Shown: one piece after another, positions 14,345 to 16,933 of the stretch
Numbering within the stretch: the stretch's first letter is position 1
How the letters are laid out: each line of letters begins with the position of its first letter
Source: Candidatus Calditenuaceae archaeon
GTDB lineage: Archaea > Thermoproteota > Nitrososphaeria_A > Caldarchaeales > Calditenuaceae
Direction of reading: 5' to 3'
DNA length: 16,933 nucleotides
Assembly: GCA_025058055.1 (NCBI GenBank)
Contig: JANXEU010000008.1
Span: forward strand, 1-16,933
The notes under the pieces: generated by a model
Databases searched by the model: none
Seen by the model: only the letters and a program-made list of their open reading frames with translations
Told to the model about the DNA's origin: nothing
Program-made: the position numbers and the translations under genes

Positions 14345-16129
14345 TCAAGTAACTCGAATCTTCAATTTCACGATTCCTCCTTCGAGAAGCTCGACTTCAC
14401 CCTTTCTGAGGAGCACGTTCAATGAGTCCCAGAAGGCTGTGTCTTTCATCTTGGTTGTCTGAAGCAAAGTCTTGAGGTCGGATTTTCCTCCCATTCGCTG
14501 AATCACGTTGATCAGCATCCTCGGACCGCTCTCTTCGTACTCCTTCTGAGCTAATACGTTAAGTTCAGCGGACGCGTTCGCAAGCACCATGTCCGGTCTT
14601 TCGTAGAACTGAAGGACTACCCTGTTTACGTCCTCGGGCTTGGAGATGTTCTTCTTCACCATCCAGTCAAGTATCAGTCTGCGCTTCTCGATCTCCGTTA
14701 GCAACTCGTCGACGGTCTTCGCGAGCCTTGTGCTCAGCCGCTTCAATAGAGCACTCTCTCTCAGGTATGACCTGAAACCGTCAGTACGGCCGTCCCATTC
14801 ACCCATCAGCTGATAGTTGTCGAAGTCGACCACCTCCCAGACGTATCTCACTCTCCTCGCAGGTACGTTGAACTGCTCGAGGTACTTGACGATCACCCTC
14901 TCGACGTAAATCACGCAGTTCATCAGCGGTATGAAAGAGGGTGCGATGTTCATTGGCGGAGACGTCAACCTCTTAACCGCGGTATCGAGGTTCTCTGCGT
15001 GCATCGTCGACAGACCGCCGTGTCCGGTAGCCATGGCCTGGAACAGCACGTAGGCCTCTTCGCCCCTGACCTCTCCAACAATCAGATAGTCTGGTCTGTA
15101 CCTCAGGCTGGTCCTCACCAAGTCGTACAGCGTTATGCGGCCCCTGTCTGACGAACCTAGACCGTAGCTCTCCCTGGTTACGAACCTCACCCAGTTGTCT
15201 CTCGGTATGTTGATCTCTGGAGTCTCCTCACACGTCACGATCTTGTAGAGCGGTTTGATGAAGGTCGTGAACGCGTTCAGGACCGTGGTCTTTCCGCTAC
15301 CTGTAGCGCCCAAAATCATGACGCTCGCCTTGTTCTCGAGCATCAGCCACATGTAAGCCGCCAGCTGGCTGCTGATGACGTTGGACTGGAGCAGCTCGAT
15401 TATCGTGAAGGGCCTCTCCCTGAACTTCCTGACGGTGAACGTGCTCCCCCTTGGAGAGACCTCCTCCCTGAAGGTCGCCGCTAGCCTGTGCTTGCCGTAG
15501 ATCATCGCATCGACTATCGGGAACGCTGAGGAGATGTGCTTGTTGGCTTTGTGAACCAGGTGTATGATGTAGTTGTCCAGTGCAGACCTCTCCGTGAAGA
15601 CTATGTTGGTCGGAATACTCTCGAAGTCCCTGTGATAGACGTAGACCGGGACGTTCACGCCGTTGCACGAGATGTCCTCGATTCTGTGGTCCTCAAAGAC
15701 TATGTCCAGCGGGCCAAAGCCCATCATGTCCCTCTCTACGTAATACTGGAACTTCCCCATGAGCTCGGGTGATCCCTCCCCGATACCCAGTCCCTTGCCG
15801 TATTTCTTCAGAACCTTGGCAGCGGCCTCCAAGACCGCCCTCCTTACCTCCTCAAGCTCGCCGTACTTCGGGAAGTCGAGCTCCTTCGTGAGGATGTCCT
15901 TAACCTTTTCTACCACCTCCTTCTCCTTCGGCTCTAAGGGGACCTCCACGCAGTAGTACTTGGGCTCTACCACCCTTCCGGGAGGTGAGGCGATTACGAC
16001 CTCAGCGTAACCCTCCCTTATCGAATATCTGGAGAGGACGTCGTAGTCCATCGGGACCGGTTGCATCTCGATCCCGATCCATGAGTCCTGAACAGGTTTC
16101 TTTCGCACCTGTTCCTTCTGCTTAGCCAT
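14345..16129 (-). CDS. type IV filament / type II-IV secretion family ATPase (FlaI/ArlI-PilB-VirB11 superfamily) with a C-terminal extension
   Basis: Walker A ILGATGSGKTT, Asp-box/Walker B region RPDYLIVGEVRGEEA and His-box GHGGLSTMHA, with an N-terminal FlaI-like domain. ATG 16129 is preceded by GGTGGAGG. GTG 16138 is the longest-ORF alternative. Confidence 0.9.
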   Translation of the reverse strand: MAKQKEQVRKKPVQDSWIGIEMQPVPMDYDVLSRYSIREGYAEVVIASPPGRVVEPKYYCVEVPLEPKEKEVVEKVKDILTKELDFPKYGELEEVRRAVLEAAAKVLKKYGKGLGIGEGSPELMGKFQYYVERDMMGFGPLDIVFEDHRIEDISCNGVNVPVYVYHRDFESIPTNIVFTERSALDNYIIHLVHKANKHISSAFPIVDAMIYGKHRLAATFREEVSPRGSTFTVRKFRERPFTIIELLQSNVISSQLAAYMWLMLENKASVMILGATGSGKTTVLNAFTTFIKPLYKIVTCEETPEINIPRDNWVRFVTRESYGLGSSDRGRITLYDLVRTSLRYRPDYLIVGEVRGEEAYVLFQAMATGHGGLSTMHAENLDTAVKRLTSPPMNIAPSFIPLMNCVIYVERVIVKYLEQFNVPARRVRYVWEVVDFDNYQLMGEWDGRTDGFRSYLRESALLKRLSTRLAKTVDELLTEIEKRRLILDWMVKKNISKPEDVNRVVLQFYERPDMVLANASAELNVLAQKEYEESGPRMLINVIQRMGGKSDLKTLLQTTKMKDTAFWDSLNVLLRKGEVELLEGGIVKLKIRVT

Positions 16130-16153
16130 AACCTCCACCCAGACTCATTATAT

Positions 16154-16166
16154 CCCATATAAAATT
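16154..16166 (-). promoter_or_regulatory. TATA-box-like element upstream of the ATPase gene
   Basis: The minus strand reads AATTTTATATGGG, 25-37 nt upstream of ATG 16129. A second ATATAAT overlaps at 16146..16153. Confidence 0.45.
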
Positions 16167-16231
16167 CTTGTTTAATCGGGAGGTCGTGGAGGGAGATACC
16201 CTTGGCCAGAACGAGGGTTTACTTGACTTCG

Positions 16232-16933
16232 TCATGTGGCGCATCTGACCTCCCTTATACCAGTTGAGACCCCAGAAACGTGTCGTTCCGTGCCGACTGT
16301 TACGGTCACTATCGACGCGAGGACCGACACTTCTCTGACCACGCAGAGATCGACACGACCCACCCTGGTCATATCTGATGATGGCTGGTCGACCCCAAAG
16401 CCCGGTGGGAGCTCTACTCTGGAGATGAAGACCCTGAACGTGTAGACTCGAGGAACTGTAGTCCCCGTGACGATGCCGCATTGGAACGTCCCGGCAAAGC
16501 TCTCACCGACCTTGAGCCGCTTAACGGTCATAGTTAATCCATCACATGTTGCGTCGTTGAAGTCGATCTCCACCGTTGCGTTGAGTGCCGGTCCCGGAAA
16601 CGACGTGTTGTATGTCAGAACGAAGGAGATGTTGAGGATCGTTCTGCTTCCCGGTACAGTGGTGTTGAAGATCACCAATTTAGTGGCGAGGACGTTCAGA
16701 TGAAGTGGGATCCTCCACCCGTAGGATCTGGTGCTGTCGAACCTGACCGTGGAGTGATCGTAAACCGTAACGCGCTCAGGTGGCCTCAAAGCCTGCCAGA
16801 CCATGTTGCCGGATCCATCACGAATCAGTACGTAGGTGGAGACGGTATACTCTCCAGGCGCCACGTTAAACGCGAAGATTTCCTCATGGCCTCCAGGTCC
16901 GCCCCTTAGATCTCCGACCTTGATGAACCTCTC
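16232..16933 (-). CDS. beta-rich, probably extracellular protein with an N-glycosylation sequon cluster (5' end outside the window)
   Basis: The reading frame stays open from 16864 to the window edge (ERFIKVGDLRGGPGGHEEIFAFN precedes VAPGEYTV). There are four N-x-S/T sequons within about 32 aa (NTT, NIS, NTS, NAT). An Ig/CARDB-like alternating pattern is present (TVEIDF...LKVGESFAGTFQCG...YTFRVFI). No TM segment is visible. Confidence 0.5.
   Translation of the reverse strand, partial: ERFIKVGDLRGGPGGHEEIFAFNVAPGEYTVSTYVLIRDGSGNMVWQALRPPERVTVYDHSTVRFDSTRSYGWRIPLHLNVLATKLVIFNTTVPGSRTILNISFVLTYNTSFPGPALNATVEIDFNDATCDGLTMTVKRLKVGESFAGTFQCGIVTGTTVPRVYTFRVFISRVELPPGFGVDQPSSDMTRVGRVDLCVVREVSVLASIVTVTVGTERHVSGVSTGIREVRCAT

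Noticed and set aside
1-16933. CRISPR arrays, IS elements, integrases, toxin-antitoxin pairs, rRNA/tRNA genes
   Set aside because: I saw no regularly spaced direct repeats of 24-40 nt and no transposase, integrase or Cas-like translations in any frame. No tRNA cloverleaf or rRNA-like segments were found on manual inspection.

Overview
Archaeal chromosomal segment, roughly 55-57% GC by eye. Short AT-rich spacers carry TATA-box-like elements 20-40 nt upstream of start codons, so many genes look leaderless, and there are ATGA start/stop overlaps. This fits a thermophilic TACK/Thermoproteota-type archaeon, but the species cannot be assigned from sequence alone. I call 19 protein-coding genes and find no rRNA, tRNA, CRISPR array or transposase/integrase. 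The left part is housekeeping: ribosomal protein L32e, threonine synthase, a DUF59 Fe-S assembly protein, a DUF763-like protein, RNA polymerase subunit K (Rpo6) 7 nt downstream of a thermosome subunit, and a stand-alone four-CBS protein. The centre (6.6-11 kb) holds the least-explained genes. A MoaD/ThiS-type ubiquitin-fold protein ends in GG-IA and is translationally coupled to a His-bearing 4-TM membrane protein. Next come a polytopic GT2 glycosyltransferase and a tight three-gene operon: an uncharacterised protein with a RuvC-like C-terminal domain, then mptA (GTP cyclohydrolase IB/MptA type), then mptE (archaeal HPPK). The right part (11.8-16.9 kb) has lower GC. It contains a 401-nt spacer with orphan promoter/terminator-like signals and repeats, a tandem (pseudo-dimeric) Lrp/AsnC-like regulator, and a low-GC paralogue of the left-hand CBS protein. 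It also has a FlaI/PilB-family type IV filament ATPase with an extra C-terminal winged-helix-like domain and no adjacent platform or pilin genes, plus a sequon-rich beta-rich protein truncated by the window edge. All functional calls rest on motif recognition in the supplied translations. No database search was run.
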